Origin: Candidatus Zambryskiibacteriota bacterium
GTDB lineage: Bacteria; Patescibacteriota; Minisyncoccia; Phycocordibacterales; WO2-35-19
Length of the DNA: 64,000 bases
Direction of reading: 5' to 3'
Assembly: GCA_963840745.1 (NCBI GenBank)
Contig: CAWJAC010000005.1
Location: forward strand, 17,615-81,614
The translations under genes and the position numbers were made by a program. The notes under the pieces are model-generated. The model saw only the letters and a program-made list of their open reading frames with translations, ran no database searches and was not told the origin of the DNA. Positions 18,427-28,346 of this stretch are shown piece after piece. The first letter of the stretch is position 1; every line of letters begins with the position of its first letter.

Positions 18427-18660
18427 TTATGCGATGTTTATGTTTCGGGGGAGCCAATCCATCACTTTTTTTCTGTGCTGATCAAGCGACCATGTGCCGC
18501 TTTTTCGGAATAAAATTTCATGTTCTTTTTTGAATATTAAGAGCTCCTCTTCGGATACTTGTGGAAAATTAGCAGGCATATTCTGATTGAATGATTTCAA
18601 AAATTCAGGAAGAGAAAGTGGTATTTCATTCAGTTTGAGTTCTTTTGGGTTGTTCTTCAT
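18427..18660 (-). CDS. hypothetical protein
   Basis: 77 aa ORF filling the gap between flanking genes. No motifs. Confidence 0.3.
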   Translation of the reverse strand: MKNNPKELKLNEIPLSLPEFLKSFNQNMPANFPQVSEEELLIFKKEHEILFRKSGTWSLDQHRKKVMDWLPRNINIA

Positions 18661-18721
18661 AACTTACATAATATCATAATTTTATAAAAATTCAAGGTTT
18701 TGTTATTATTATTTTATAATA

Positions 18722-19390
18722 TTGTATGATATGGAAAGTCGAAATTACAATAATACATTAAAAAATATGGAAAATAATGAAAATAAATCTTCGTCAAAAT
18801 ATTATTTATTGGGCGCCTTAGTTTTAATTGTGGTTATAGTGATAATAGTGTTATCAGTAGGGAAATCGAAACCCGCAGAACAGAATTCTCAAGCACTAAA
18901 TACCGTTAATACACCAGAAGTAAATGCCGCGGCGGCAACGGTAGCAAATCCGGCTTCAACTAATGATTTTGTAGGAACTTGGATTTCAGCTACCCAAAGC
19001 AAAGGAATGCAAGGATCCGGCAAGGTTACAACTCCTCGCACCTCGACTGAAATAACTGTGACCGGTGACGTCAAACTTGTCATCCAAAAAATAGAAAACA
19101 ATACGGCTATTGGCACATTATCTTATAGCAATCTTTGTTATGTGATAGCTACTTCGATTTCCGGAAAGGCTGCCGTAGCAAAACCGGCACAATGTACAAA
19201 TACTGGAGAAGTGGCTGCCCGCTTAAAAGTAGATGGCAATAAGATAAGCTACGATGGGCAGACTGCGCTCAGTTCTGATGTTTCTTTTGAAGGAACTCTG
19301 AATGGCGACAGTTTAACAGGAACATTCACAAGAACGGGAACTTACGGAAAAATTAATGGGACACTCAATCTCGTGCGCGCAAAAAACTAA
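18722..19390 (+). CDS. secreted hypothetical protein with N-terminal TM anchor
   Basis: 222 aa. One TM helix, then a Thr/Ser/Gly-rich beta-type domain. Confidence 0.45.
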   Translation: MYDMESRNYNNTLKNMENNENKSSSKYYLLGALVLIVVIVIIVLSVGKSKPAEQNSQALNTVNTPEVNAAAATVANPASTNDFVGTWISATQSKGMQGSGKVTTPRTSTEITVTGDVKLVIQKIENNTAIGTLSYSNLCYVIATSISGKAAVAKPAQCTNTGEVAARLKVDGNKISYDGQTALSSDVSFEGTLNGDSLTGTFTRTGTYGKINGTLNLVRAKN

Positions 19391-19398
19391 GTGCGTTA

Positions 19399-20001
19399 CT
19401 ACTTAAATATTTTTTTTGTTATCCTATTTGCAATTAAAATTGCTACTATTACAGTACCCAAAACAATCAGCCAACTGAATATACCAATAGTGTTATAAAG
19501 CGACTGCCAACTTGCAGCAAAAAAATAACCTATGCTTGAATAAAAAACAATTTGCAGTATATCTCCGATAATCGCGTATAATACAAAACGTTTAAATTTA
19601 ATGTTTCCCAATCCGGCAATAGCATTTATTACAGCGGTAGCCTGGTCTTGAAAGCGGCTGGCAATAATAGCTGCGGCTGAATAACTATTTTCAGCCTTTT
19701 CTACATATTTTAGCGGTTTTGATTCAACTAATTTTCCTAAACGAAACCAGTACAATATTTTTTTGCCATATTTTTTAGAAAGAATATACATAGAGATATC
19801 TCCTAAAATATTACCGGAAGTGCCCGTAATAAGTACGGCGAATATATTAAGGTATCCTTGGCTCGCAAAAGCTGCTGATGCTACGGTGCTTGATCCGGCC
19901 GGCAGTGGAACACCAAGAGAAGAAAGAAAAGCGACTAAAAATAATGTTATGTATTTGTAAACAAGCAGTAATCCAAGGATATTTTGAAATAATAAACTCA
20001 T
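19399..20001 (-). CDS. DedA/VTT-family membrane protein (paralog 2)
   Basis: 200 aa. 'LGVPLPAGSSTVASAAFASQGYLN...GNILGDISMYILSKKYG'. Confidence 0.7.
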   Translation of the reverse strand: MSLLFQNILGLLLVYKYITLFLVAFLSSLGVPLPAGSSTVASAAFASQGYLNIFAVLITGTSGNILGDISMYILSKKYGKKILYWFRLGKLVESKPLKYVEKAENSYSAAAIIASRFQDQATAVINAIAGLGNIKFKRFVLYAIIGDILQIVFYSSIGYFFAASWQSLYNTIGIFSWLIVLGTVIVAILIANRITKKIFK

Positions 20002-20415
20002 TTATTGATTGCTCTTTGTATACTGAGCAACGGAGTCCTGAACTGTTTTTAAGAAATTAGCAGTATTGAAACCTTTTGTTTTTGCATATTGATCAATATT
20101 TAAATTAGGATAACGACTATCTTGAACAGCCAAAGATTCTGACAGATAATTTAGAGGCAAACTAAAAATATAATTTATGTAAGAAAAAGTCATCCACCCC
20201 TGAATTTGATCAGGAGTCAATGTTTGCCTGTATATATGACTTCTGTTAAATCCTCTCGTGGGTCTCAATCTGCCTGTCTGATATAAGTCTCTCAAATCAA
20301 CAATAAACCAAATCATCAAACCTATTACAATGAGCAATAAGATTGTAAAAATAATACGCCAAAAATTTTTATGTAATTTCATACTAATCAGTTCATTATA
20401 AAATAAATAGCTCAT
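20002..20415 (-). CDS. membrane-anchored hypothetical protein
   Basis: 137 aa, abuts the DedA gene. One N-terminal TM helix. Confidence 0.4.
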   Translation of the reverse strand: MSYLFYNELISMKLHKNFWRIIFTILLLIVIGLMIWFIVDLRDLYQTGRLRPTRGFNRSHIYRQTLTPDQIQGWMTFSYINYIFSLPLNYLSESLAVQDSRYPNLNIDQYAKTKGFNTANFLKTVQDSVAQYTKSNQ

Positions 20416-20482
20416 TAATACAATGGTTTCTGTAAATCTAACAGTTCGTAAATTTGCTATATTTGTGCTAAGATAGAATTAT

Positions 20483-21385
20483 ATGAAAAAACTCATTGTC
20501 GGTATTGTGGTTGTTTTAGTAATTATTAGCGCCTATTTTATAACTAAGAGTTTGTCGAATAATGCTAGCGTAACAAATAATCAAACGAACAATATAACCC
20601 CGCGGGCAAACGCAACAAGTACTACAGACCAAAAGAATGCGGCTGAAACTGTTATTGGTAAATCTGTCCAGGGCCGCGATATCACAGCATATCACTATGG
20701 CACCGGGAGCACAGAACTTATGTTTGTTGGCGGTATTCATGGCGGATATGAATGGAATACAGTGCTTGTTGCTTATCAATTGATGGATTATTTAAAGCAA
20801 AATCCCAGTATTATTCCCAATAATATAAAAGTAACGGTCATTCCTGTATTAAATCCTGACGGCCTTTATAAAATTGTCGGCACTACTACAGAAAATTTCA
20901 CGCAAGCAAATGTGCCGGCGCAATTAAGCGATACGGTACCCGGACGCTTCAACGCAAATAACGTTGACCTTAATCGTAACTTTGACTGTGATTGGCAAAC
21001 TAACGGCACATGGCAAAATAAAACCGTGAGCGGCGGCAGTAGTGTATTTTCCGAACCGGAAAGTCAGGGCCTAAAAAATTATGTAGAAACAAACAAGCCA
21101 AGTGCGGTCGTGGTTTGGTATAGTTCCGCCGGCGGTGTTTACGCCTCAAGTTGCCACAATGGCGTCTCTGCAGAAACCAATACAATCACCAAAACTTACG
21201 CTGACGCTTCAGGATATCCTGCCTACGCAAGTTTCGATTTCTATGCAACAACAGGTGATATGGTAAATTGGCTGGCCAAAAGCAATATACCGGCAATTAG
21301 TGTACTTCTTACCAATCACACCGATACTGAATGGACTAAAAATCAGAAAGGTGTCGAGGCGCTGCTTAAATATTATTCTAAATAA
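20483..21385 (+). CDS. secreted M14-like zinc carboxypeptidase-fold protein (paralog A; predicted third zinc ligand His replaced by Tyr)
   Basis: 300 aa. 'GGIHGGYEWN', 'LNPDG', 'VDLNRNF'. Has 'WYSSAG' where paralog B has 'WHSQSG'. Confidence 0.6.
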   Translation: MKKLIVGIVVVLVIISAYFITKSLSNNASVTNNQTNNITPRANATSTTDQKNAAETVIGKSVQGRDITAYHYGTGSTELMFVGGIHGGYEWNTVLVAYQLMDYLKQNPSIIPNNIKVTVIPVLNPDGLYKIVGTTTENFTQANVPAQLSDTVPGRFNANNVDLNRNFDCDWQTNGTWQNKTVSGGSSVFSEPESQGLKNYVETNKPSAVVVWYSSAGGVYASSCHNGVSAETNTITKTYADASGYPAYASFDFYATTGDMVNWLAKSNIPAISVLLTNHTDTEWTKNQKGVEALLKYYSK

Positions 21386-22296
21386 TGCGGTTTATATTTA
21401 AGAGACCGGTTGTTATAACTGTTATTATTCTTGCAGTACTTAGCGTTGGCGTCTTTGTATTTTTTAGTTCGCAAAAACCGCCGGAAGTAAAACCAACTCC
21501 TAATTCCAATAATATTGGCCCGGTATATAAGGTAATAGGCGCATCTGTGCAAGGGCGCAAGATTGAAAGCTATACTTATGGAAATGGGATAAAACATCTT
21601 GTATTTGTCGGTGGCATACATGGCGGATATGAATGGAATAGTGTGCTCTTGGCGTATCAATTTATAGATTATTTAGATAAAAATCCTGGATTCATTCCGG
21701 GCGGCTTGACTGTTACCGTAATTCCAGATGTTAATCCTGATGGAGTATTTGAGGTAACTCACAAAGTTGGCCGTTTTAATGACACGGATGTATCAACCAG
21801 CACTAAAATACTTGCGGCTGGGCGTTTCAACGCAGATGGAGTTGATCTTAATCGCAACTTTGACTGCAAATGGCAAGCGACAAGTACCTGGCAATCAAAA
21901 ATAGTCAGCGCCGGTTCAAAACCCTTCTCTGAGCCGGAAGATTTGGCTATTAAAAATTTTATTTTAGAAAATAATACTAATAATAATATTAAGGCAGTTA
22001 TATTTTGGCATAGTCAGTCAGGCAGCGTATATGCGTCACAGTGCCATGCCGGCATTCTTCCCGAGACTTTGGATATCATGAACACTTATGCTAAGGCTGC
22101 GAATTATACGCCGGTCAAAGTATTTAATGCTTATGCCACCTCCGGTGCTGCCGATGACTGGCTGGCTTCCATAAATATTCCGGCAATTACAGTAGAACTT
22201 AAAACCCATAATGCGACGGAATGGCAACAAAACCTCGCTGGTATCAAAGCCCTTTTTGAATACTACGGTCAGAAAAAATATTATGAGCCGCGTTAA
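21385..22296 (+). CDS. secreted M14-like zinc carboxypeptidase (paralog B)
   Basis: 303 aa. 'GGIHGGYEWN', 'VNPDG', 'VDLNRNF', 'FWHSQSGSVYAS' (M14 'HSYSQ'-like). Confidence 0.65.
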   Translation: MRFIFKRPVVITVIILAVLSVGVFVFFSSQKPPEVKPTPNSNNIGPVYKVIGASVQGRKIESYTYGNGIKHLVFVGGIHGGYEWNSVLLAYQFIDYLDKNPGFIPGGLTVTVIPDVNPDGVFEVTHKVGRFNDTDVSTSTKILAAGRFNADGVDLNRNFDCKWQATSTWQSKIVSAGSKPFSEPEDLAIKNFILENNTNNNIKAVIFWHSQSGSVYASQCHAGILPETLDIMNTYAKAANYTPVKVFNAYATSGAADDWLASINIPAITVELKTHNATEWQQNLAGIKALFEYYGQKKYYEPR

Positions 22297-22474
22297 AATT
22301 ATTATTTTTATATTTGCAGTACTGGTGATCCTTTTTCTTATAAATTTCACGGTATATAAAGCAGTGCTTTTGGTTTTAGGAATTTCCGAACATTCGTTTT
22401 TGGTAATTGTCATCTTAGGCGCTCTGACAGCAAGCATAATAGCGTCACTTATTTTAGGTATGCGCTCATTATAA
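22282..22474 (+). CDS. small membrane protein (hypothetical)
   Basis: ~64 aa from an internal ATG. Two TM helices. Confidence 0.3.
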
Positions 22475-22505
22475 TTTATTTACCAGAATTTATTATCTTC
22501 TATCC

Positions 22506-23379
22506 ATGGTCTGGATGGGATTTCTGGGATACTTTTTTATTGCTTCTGTTTTATTCTTAATATTTCAAAAATTTACTGACGGCTTCTCCAAAGTTTTTGG
22601 TCTAGCGCTTTTTGGAGTCGCAATTGTATTAGGAATTTACGGTCTAATTCATGCAAACAGAATTATTGTCAAAAAAGTCAATATAAAATTGGAGAGACTT
22701 CCGGAAATATGGCGAGGTAAAAAAGCTGTATGGATAAGTGATCTGCACTTGGGTCAGATATACGGCATAAAGATATATAGACAGGGTGGTCAGAAAAATA
22801 CAAAATATTTCGCCAGATATAGTTTTTATAGGCGGGGATATATTTGACGGCTCAAAATCACCCGAAATTTTAAAATTTACATCTCCACTTCGAGAGCTAT
22901 CAGCCCCTTTGGGAATTTATTCTATAACCGGAAATCACGAAGAATTTGGAGATAGCAGTGACTTTGTCGCGGCTGTAAAAATGGCAAACATACACATACT
23001 GCGGAATGAAATGATCAATATAGGCGAGCTGCAAATTATAGGGGTTGATTATAGAAATGCCTCTAATAAAGAACGCTTTCAAAAAATTCTTTCTGATTTA
23101 CAAATAGATAAAAATAAAGCGTCTATTTTACTAAAACACGAGCCAAAAGATATAGATGTGGCACAAAAAGAGGGCGTCTCGCTTCAAATTTCTGGACACA
23201 CCCACGGCGCCCAACAGTGGCCATTTGGATATTTGGCAAAACTTATTTACGGGCAATTCGCTTACGGACTAAATAGAATAGGGGACACGCAAGTTTATAC
23301 TTCAAGCGGAATGGGCACATGGGGACCGCCGATACGAGTGGGAACAGATAGTGAGATAGTAGTTTTCACTTTCTTGTAA
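22506..23379 (+). CDS. membrane-anchored calcineurin-like metallophosphoesterase, +1 frameshift in an (AT)n run (22771-22779)
   Basis: ORF 22506..22847 ('ISDLHLGQIYG') and ORF 22786..23379 ('DIVFIGGDIFDG...GNHE...SGHTHG') are adjacent frames of a single YkuE-like phosphoesterase. Confidence 0.7.
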
Positions 23380-23618
23380 GATTTTGTGCTATACTTTTAT
23401 ATATGGCAAAAAGAGAAGCAACAAATACCAAGAGGAAAACGTCGCGTTCGAGAAAAACTAAAAAAAGACTCGAGACTAAGCGCTTGAGGAATCTTGCACA
23501 TCCAAGACGCAAATAAATAATAAAATTTTTAATAGAAGCTAATAAATTTTTATGGCAAAAGGAGACGGACATAAAAAAGAAAAAAAGAAACCTAAGAAAA
23601 TAAAAACCCAGTAGCCCG

Positions 23619-23996
23619 ATGAAAATCGAATGGAACAAGGTGACCAGATTATCTCAGATTGTTGCAATCGTACTTTTTGTTGTGGTGTTTATCGTCGCTT
23701 TTCAGATTGGCAGAACTTTTGAAAAGCAATTTATTTTAGGCAAACCAATAACCGGCTTTATAAAATTCGTCTGTGCCGACAACAAAACCATAGATGCGGA
23801 ATTTTACAAGAATTTCGTGCATATCGAATTTGGCTGGCAAAAAACTTTATACTTGCCGCAGACTATCTCGGCTTCGGGAGCCCGCTATGCAAATTCTGAC
23901 GAGTCTGTGGTCTTTTGGAACAAAGGTAATACAGCTTTCATCACCGAAGGCAATCCGAACAATGTAACCTACAAAGATTGTGTGATCACTCCATAA
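23619..23996 (+). CDS. MliC-family protein (membrane-bound lysozyme inhibitor of C-type lysozyme-like)
   Basis: 125 aa with a TM/signal sequence. 'SASGARYANSDESVVFWNKGNTAFI' matches MliC 'SGAxY...W.KG.eA'. Confidence 0.55.
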   Translation: MKIEWNKVTRLSQIVAIVLFVVVFIVAFQIGRTFEKQFILGKPITGFIKFVCADNKTIDAEFYKNFVHIEFGWQKTLYLPQTISASGARYANSDESVVFWNKGNTAFITEGNPNNVTYKDCVITP

Positions 23997-24006
23997 TATT
24001 ACAGCT

Positions 24007-24582
24007 GTGACTCTTCACCAAATAATACAATTTTTTGCAAAATACAAATATGAAGCAATTTTTCCGGTCGCAGTCGCCGAGGGTCCCATAATAACAGTTA
24101 TTTGCGGTTTTTTGACATCACGCGGAAGTTTAGATATTTTACCGGCTCTTATGGTTGTGTTCTCGGGAGATGCTATTTCAGACTTTCTATTTTATATAAT
24201 GGGCAGAGGTGGGAGACATGTGATTCAATATCTGAAATTCATACACATTTCCGATGAAAAAATACAAGAGCTGGAAAATCGGTTTAAATTATCACCATGG
24301 AGGACAATGATAATAGCTAAAATATCTTACGGATTGGGCAGTGTTTTTATGGTTGCAAGCGGCGCTTCGAAGATGTCATGGAAACGTTTTCTCGAATATA
24401 CATTGAGTCTGGATTTTATCAGATCATACATATTATTTTCAATCGGTTTTTATTTTGGCAGAATTGCCCTGCGGGTAGGACCAACATATTTAAAATATTA
24501 TGCAACGGCTGTGATCATATTAGTCCCTATAGGATACTTCTTATACCGCAAAAGACTCAAAAATCCCAGTGAAAGGAACTGA
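24007..24582 (+). CDS. DedA/VTT-family membrane protein (paralog 3)
   Basis: 191 aa, GTG start. 'AEGPIITVICGFL...FSGDAISDFLFYIMGRGG'. Confidence 0.65.
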   Translation: MTLHQIIQFFAKYKYEAIFPVAVAEGPIITVICGFLTSRGSLDILPALMVVFSGDAISDFLFYIMGRGGRHVIQYLKFIHISDEKIQELENRFKLSPWRTMIIAKISYGLGSVFMVASGASKMSWKRFLEYTLSLDFIRSYILFSIGFYFGRIALRVGPTYLKYYATAVIILVPIGYFLYRKRLKNPSERN

Positions 24583-24628
24583 TCATTTTGACGTAATAAT
24601 ATGACACAGAAGCTTAATTTATTAAAAA

Positions 24629-25234
24629 ATGAAAAAAACCATCGTATCATTTTCTTTCATATTTGCATTTGTTGTATATAGTTTATATCAGTATTTTGGG
24701 ATGTCACAGACATTAACATTTGTAGCGGCCAATAATACACCGGGCACAAAAGTCACATTGGAGACATCGCAGCCGATTATTACTACAAAAAATACCGTCT
24801 CCAAAGCGTCTCCAAATAAAGCTGTGACCCAAACCCAGTCAGGCCAGCCGGTTCCAATTCCGACCCCAACTCCGATCCCAGTGCCAACACCAACGCCAAT
24901 TCCAGCACCAGTAGCAGTATCGGCACCGGCGCCAGTGGTCAAAAATATGTACAACGACGGCAATTACACCGGAAGCATTGCTGATGCTTATTATGGTAAT
25001 ATTCAAGTGCAAGCAACCATTCAAAACGGTAAAATTGTCGATGTTCAATTCTTACAATATCCAAGTGATAGAAGCAGATCTGTCAGTATAAACACCAGAG
25101 CTATGCCTATTTTGAAAAGCGAGGCTATCTCTAGCCAAAGCGCCAATGTTGATATTGTCTCCGGCGCCACTGATTCAAGCCAGGCTTTTGTGCAGTCGCT
25201 TAGTTCGGCTCTTGCTCAGGCTTTAAATTCCTAA
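24629..25234 (+). CDS. secreted FMN-binding (FMN_bind) domain protein with flavinylation motif
   Basis: 201 aa. Signal/TM sequence, Pro-rich (PIPTPTP) linker, then an FMN_bind domain ending 'DIVSGATDSS' ([ST]GA[TS] ApbE target motif). Confidence 0.75.
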   Translation: MKKTIVSFSFIFAFVVYSLYQYFGMSQTLTFVAANNTPGTKVTLETSQPIITTKNTVSKASPNKAVTQTQSGQPVPIPTPTPIPVPTPTPIPAPVAVSAPAPVVKNMYNDGNYTGSIADAYYGNIQVQATIQNGKIVDVQFLQYPSDRSRSVSINTRAMPILKSEAISSQSANVDIVSGATDSSQAFVQSLSSALAQALNS

Positions 25235-25238
25235 ACCT

Positions 25239-26000
25239 ATGAAAAAAACTGAGTGGATCATGGGCATGCCAATAACGGTCTGCATTGCGGACCAATTTGA
25301 AACAGAAAAAGTCAAAGAAGCGGCAACCAAAAAAGTGTTCGAATATTTTCATTATGTGGATGAAAAATTCAGCACTTACAAAGAGGGAAGTGAGATAAGT
25401 AAAATAAACAGGAAAGAAATAAAAGAAAGCGATTGGAGTGGAGATATGAAAACAGTCTTTGCACTTTCTGAAAAAACAAAAATGGAAACGAACGGCTATT
25501 TCAATATACTGACACCCGAAGGTTTGTTTGATCCGTCCGGATTGGTTAAAGGCTGGTCAATCTATAATGCGGCAAACATTCTTGCTGAATTAGGGTTTAA
25601 AAATTTCTACGTGGATGCCGGTGGTGATATTGAAACGAAGGGGAAAAACGAAAATGGGGAAGTTTGGAGTGTCGGTATCCGCGATCCATTTGTCAATGAT
25701 AAAAGCCACATTATAAAAACAGTTTTTATAAGTAATTGTGGCATGGCCACTTCCGGCACCTATGAACGAGGCCAGCATATCTACAATCCGCATGTTGGCC
25801 GCGTCCCTCTCAATGATATCGTGAGCATCACGGTCATTGGTCCAAACGTTTATGAAGCCGATCGATTCGCCACCGCCGCCTTTGCCATGGGAAATGAAGG
25901 AATAAATTTTATTGAACGATTAGATGGTTTTGAAGGTTATTCTGTAGATAAAAACGGCATCGCCACCGAAACTTCCGAATTTAATAAATTTACAAAATAA
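25239..26000 (+). CDS. apbE: FAD:protein FMN transferase (ApbE family)
   Basis: 253 aa. 'FDPSGLVKGW', 'MATSGTYERG' ApbE signatures. Confidence 0.8.
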   Translation: MKKTEWIMGMPITVCIADQFETEKVKEAATKKVFEYFHYVDEKFSTYKEGSEISKINRKEIKESDWSGDMKTVFALSEKTKMETNGYFNILTPEGLFDPSGLVKGWSIYNAANILAELGFKNFYVDAGGDIETKGKNENGEVWSVGIRDPFVNDKSHIIKTVFISNCGMATSGTYERGQHIYNPHVGRVPLNDIVSITVIGPNVYEADRFATAAFAMGNEGINFIERLDGFEGYSVDKNGIATETSEFNKFTK

Positions 26001-26003
26001 AGG

Positions 26004-27488
26004 ATGAAAACAATAGACAACATTTTAAATAGAATAACCATGTACCGAATCGTCTTATATGAACTTATAGGCCTTTTGGTGGCAGCTGGTATTTTGGGAT
26101 TTTTTGGCATATTGCCATACACGCCAATCAGCATATTTTTTTCGTCTGTTTATATATTAGCCATCTGCTTAGTAGTCAACAAAATATTTGCCTGGGCCTA
26201 TAATGCGCCAACCAATCCTGAATCAACATATATCACAGCTTTGATTTTGGCTTTGATTATTTCTCCGGCGCTTTCCTTGGATGATTCAAATTTTCTTGCA
26301 CTTGCTTTTTGGGCCTCCAGTTTGGCGATAGCTTCAAAATATATTTTAGCCATCGGCAAAAAACACATTTTCAATCCGGCGGCCATCGCGGTAGTAATTA
26401 CTGCTTTTGTTTTGAATCAATCGGCAAGCTGGTGGGTTGGCACTTCCTCTATGTTGCCAGTTGTTTTAATTGGCGGATTTTTGGTGGCCCGCAAAATCCA
26501 ACGCCTTGATTTGGTTTGGTCAGCAATAATTGCTAGCCTTGTCGCTATATTAGGATTTTCTTTTATAAAAGGCGGCAGTATTTTTGCACTCGGATGGAGT
26601 GTGCTTGTTTCTACTCCTCTCATATTTTTCGCTACGATAATGCTTACAGAACCATTGACTACACCAGGAACTAAACCGATGCGTATTACTTATGGACTAC
26701 TCACTGGAATTTTGTTTGCGCCATTTATTCATATTGGTTCTATTTATTCAACACCGGAGCTGGCTTTGGTTGTTGGAAACATTTTTTCATACTTAGTAAG
26801 TTCTAAGAAAAAATTAACTCTGGTTTTGGACAATATAGAAAAAATTTCAGTTGATTCGTATGATTTTATTTTTACTCCAGAAGAGCGGCTATCTTATCAC
26901 CCCGGACAATATATGGAGTGGACACTGGCGCATAATGGATCAGACGACCGCGGCATACGAAGATATTTTACTTTGGCATCGTCTCCAACCGAAGAAGAAT
27001 TGCGGCTCGGAGTTAAATTTCACGACAAAGGAAGCAGCTTCAAGAAAAAACTATTATCTATGAAAAGGGGAGACAGTATTGTTGCCTCTGGACTTGCTGG
27101 GGATTTCGTTTTGCCAAAAAATAAAAATGAGAAATTGGTTTTTTTGGCGGGCGGCATAGGCATTACACCATTCCGAAGCATGATTCAATATTTAATTGAT
27201 ACAAAAGACAAAAGGTCAGTTACTCTTTTGTATAGTAATAAAACCGCAAACGATGTAGTGTACAGAGAAGTCTTCGAAGAGGCACGGCGCTTGCTCGGTA
27301 TTAAAACTTTTTATGCTTTAGCCAGAATAGATGCAAAAACCATAACAGAACAAGTGCCTGATTATAAAGACAGAATTTTTTATCTCTCGGGTCCGCGCAG
27401 CATGGTAGTCGGTTTTGAAAAACTACTGGAGTCTATGGGGGTTAAAGAAAGTAATATCAAGACAGACTTTTTCCCGGGATTTGCTTAA
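26004..27488 (+). CDS. membrane oxidoreductase: polytopic N-terminal domain fused to FNR-type FAD/NAD(P)-binding domain
   Basis: 494 aa. ~7 TM helices ('KHIFNPAAIAVV'), then 'RRYFTLASS' (RxYS FAD motif) and 'LAGGIGITPFRSM' (NAD(P) motif). Confidence 0.7.
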   Translation: MKTIDNILNRITMYRIVLYELIGLLVAAGILGFFGILPYTPISIFFSSVYILAICLVVNKIFAWAYNAPTNPESTYITALILALIISPALSLDDSNFLALAFWASSLAIASKYILAIGKKHIFNPAAIAVVITAFVLNQSASWWVGTSSMLPVVLIGGFLVARKIQRLDLVWSAIIASLVAILGFSFIKGGSIFALGWSVLVSTPLIFFATIMLTEPLTTPGTKPMRITYGLLTGILFAPFIHIGSIYSTPELALVVGNIFSYLVSSKKKLTLVLDNIEKISVDSYDFIFTPEERLSYHPGQYMEWTLAHNGSDDRGIRRYFTLASSPTEEELRLGVKFHDKGSSFKKKLLSMKRGDSIVASGLAGDFVLPKNKNEKLVFLAGGIGITPFRSMIQYLIDTKDKRSVTLLYSNKTANDVVYREVFEEARRLLGIKTFYALARIDAKTITEQVPDYKDRIFYLSGPRSMVVGFEKLLESMGVKESNIKTDFFPGFA

Positions 27489-27495
27489 AGATTAT

Positions 27496-28338
27496 ATGAA
27501 AAACAAACCAATTAAAAAAATAAGTTTTTACTTACGGGAAGATAATAAGATATCTAAAAATTGGCAATCAAAAATAGAATCGTGGCTGAAAGATAAGCAT
27601 CCGAATATCAAAATTTCTAGCGATAAACCTGAAGCCATATTGGTTTTGGGGGGAGACGGCACTATCATGGAGGCCGCTAAAAAATACGCCAACAGCAAAG
27701 TTATAATTTTGGGAATAAATTTGGGCCATTTGGGTTTTTTGGCTTCTATAAATAATTCTGACGATTTCCCTCTTATGCTGGATAAGTTTTTAAAAGGTGA
27801 TTTTGAGACTGGCCCAGGAATGATTATTAAGGCGACAGTGATGCGCAACAAAAGGGAGGTTTTTGCCGCTGATGCATTTAATGAAATCGTCGTTCAAAAT
27901 CCTTTGGGCATGGTTGAGGTTGATGTTGGCATCGGCGGAGAAATGATTGAGAAGATACGCGGCAGTGGTGTTCTGGTAGCTACCCCGTCCGGATCAACGG
28001 CTTATAATCTTTCGGCCCATGGACCCATCGTCTCGCCGGACATTGAATGCTTAATAGTAACTGAACTTTTTGATCATGATCTGCCAACACCGAGTTTGGT
28101 GGTACCCACGACTGAAGTGATAAAGTTAATTGTCAGAAATTTCCGCGAACACAAATTTTTAAAAATCACATCTACAGGCGAAAAATTTGATGTTTTGTTT
28201 ATTGCCGATGGTGTGGCTTTATTTGTCCTAAAAAGCGGGGATGAAATCAACATAACTCGCACTAATAGCGCTTTTAAACTGGCTATACTCAAGCCAAATC
28301 ATTTCTATAAAAATCTGCATTCCAAATTCAGCTTTTAA
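27496..28338 (+). CDS. nadK: NAD+ kinase
   Basis: 'LVLGGDGTIMEAA', 'GINLGHLGFL', 'ATPSGSTAYNLSA'. Start taken at the ATG after the upstream stop. Confidence 0.85.
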   Translation: MKNKPIKKISFYLREDNKISKNWQSKIESWLKDKHPNIKISSDKPEAILVLGGDGTIMEAAKKYANSKVIILGINLGHLGFLASINNSDDFPLMLDKFLKGDFETGPGMIIKATVMRNKREVFAADAFNEIVVQNPLGMVEVDVGIGGEMIEKIRGSGVLVATPSGSTAYNLSAHGPIVSPDIECLIVTELFDHDLPTPSLVVPTTEVIKLIVRNFREHKFLKITSTGEKFDVLFIADGVALFVLKSGDEINITRTNSAFKLAILKPNHFYKNLHSKFSF

Positions 28339-28346
28339 ACATTAAA

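Noticed and set aside
23403-23613. Two tiny highly basic ORFs (37 aa 'MAKREATNTKRKTSRSRKTKKRLETKRLRNLAHPRRK' and 20 aa 'MAKGDGHKKEKKKPKKIKTQ') between the phosphoesterase and MliC genes
   Set aside because: They show no similarity to L34, L36 or other small ribosomal proteins, and their composition follows from A-rich DNA. They are possibly real small proteins, but the evidence is insufficient.
24840-24935. Short tandem nucleotide repeats (ccaac/ccgat units) that could be mistaken for a repeat array
   Set aside because: They encode the Pro/Thr/Ile-rich linker of the FMN_bind protein. The periodicity is codon-level low complexity, with no spacer structure. No CRISPR-like arrays were seen anywhere in the window.
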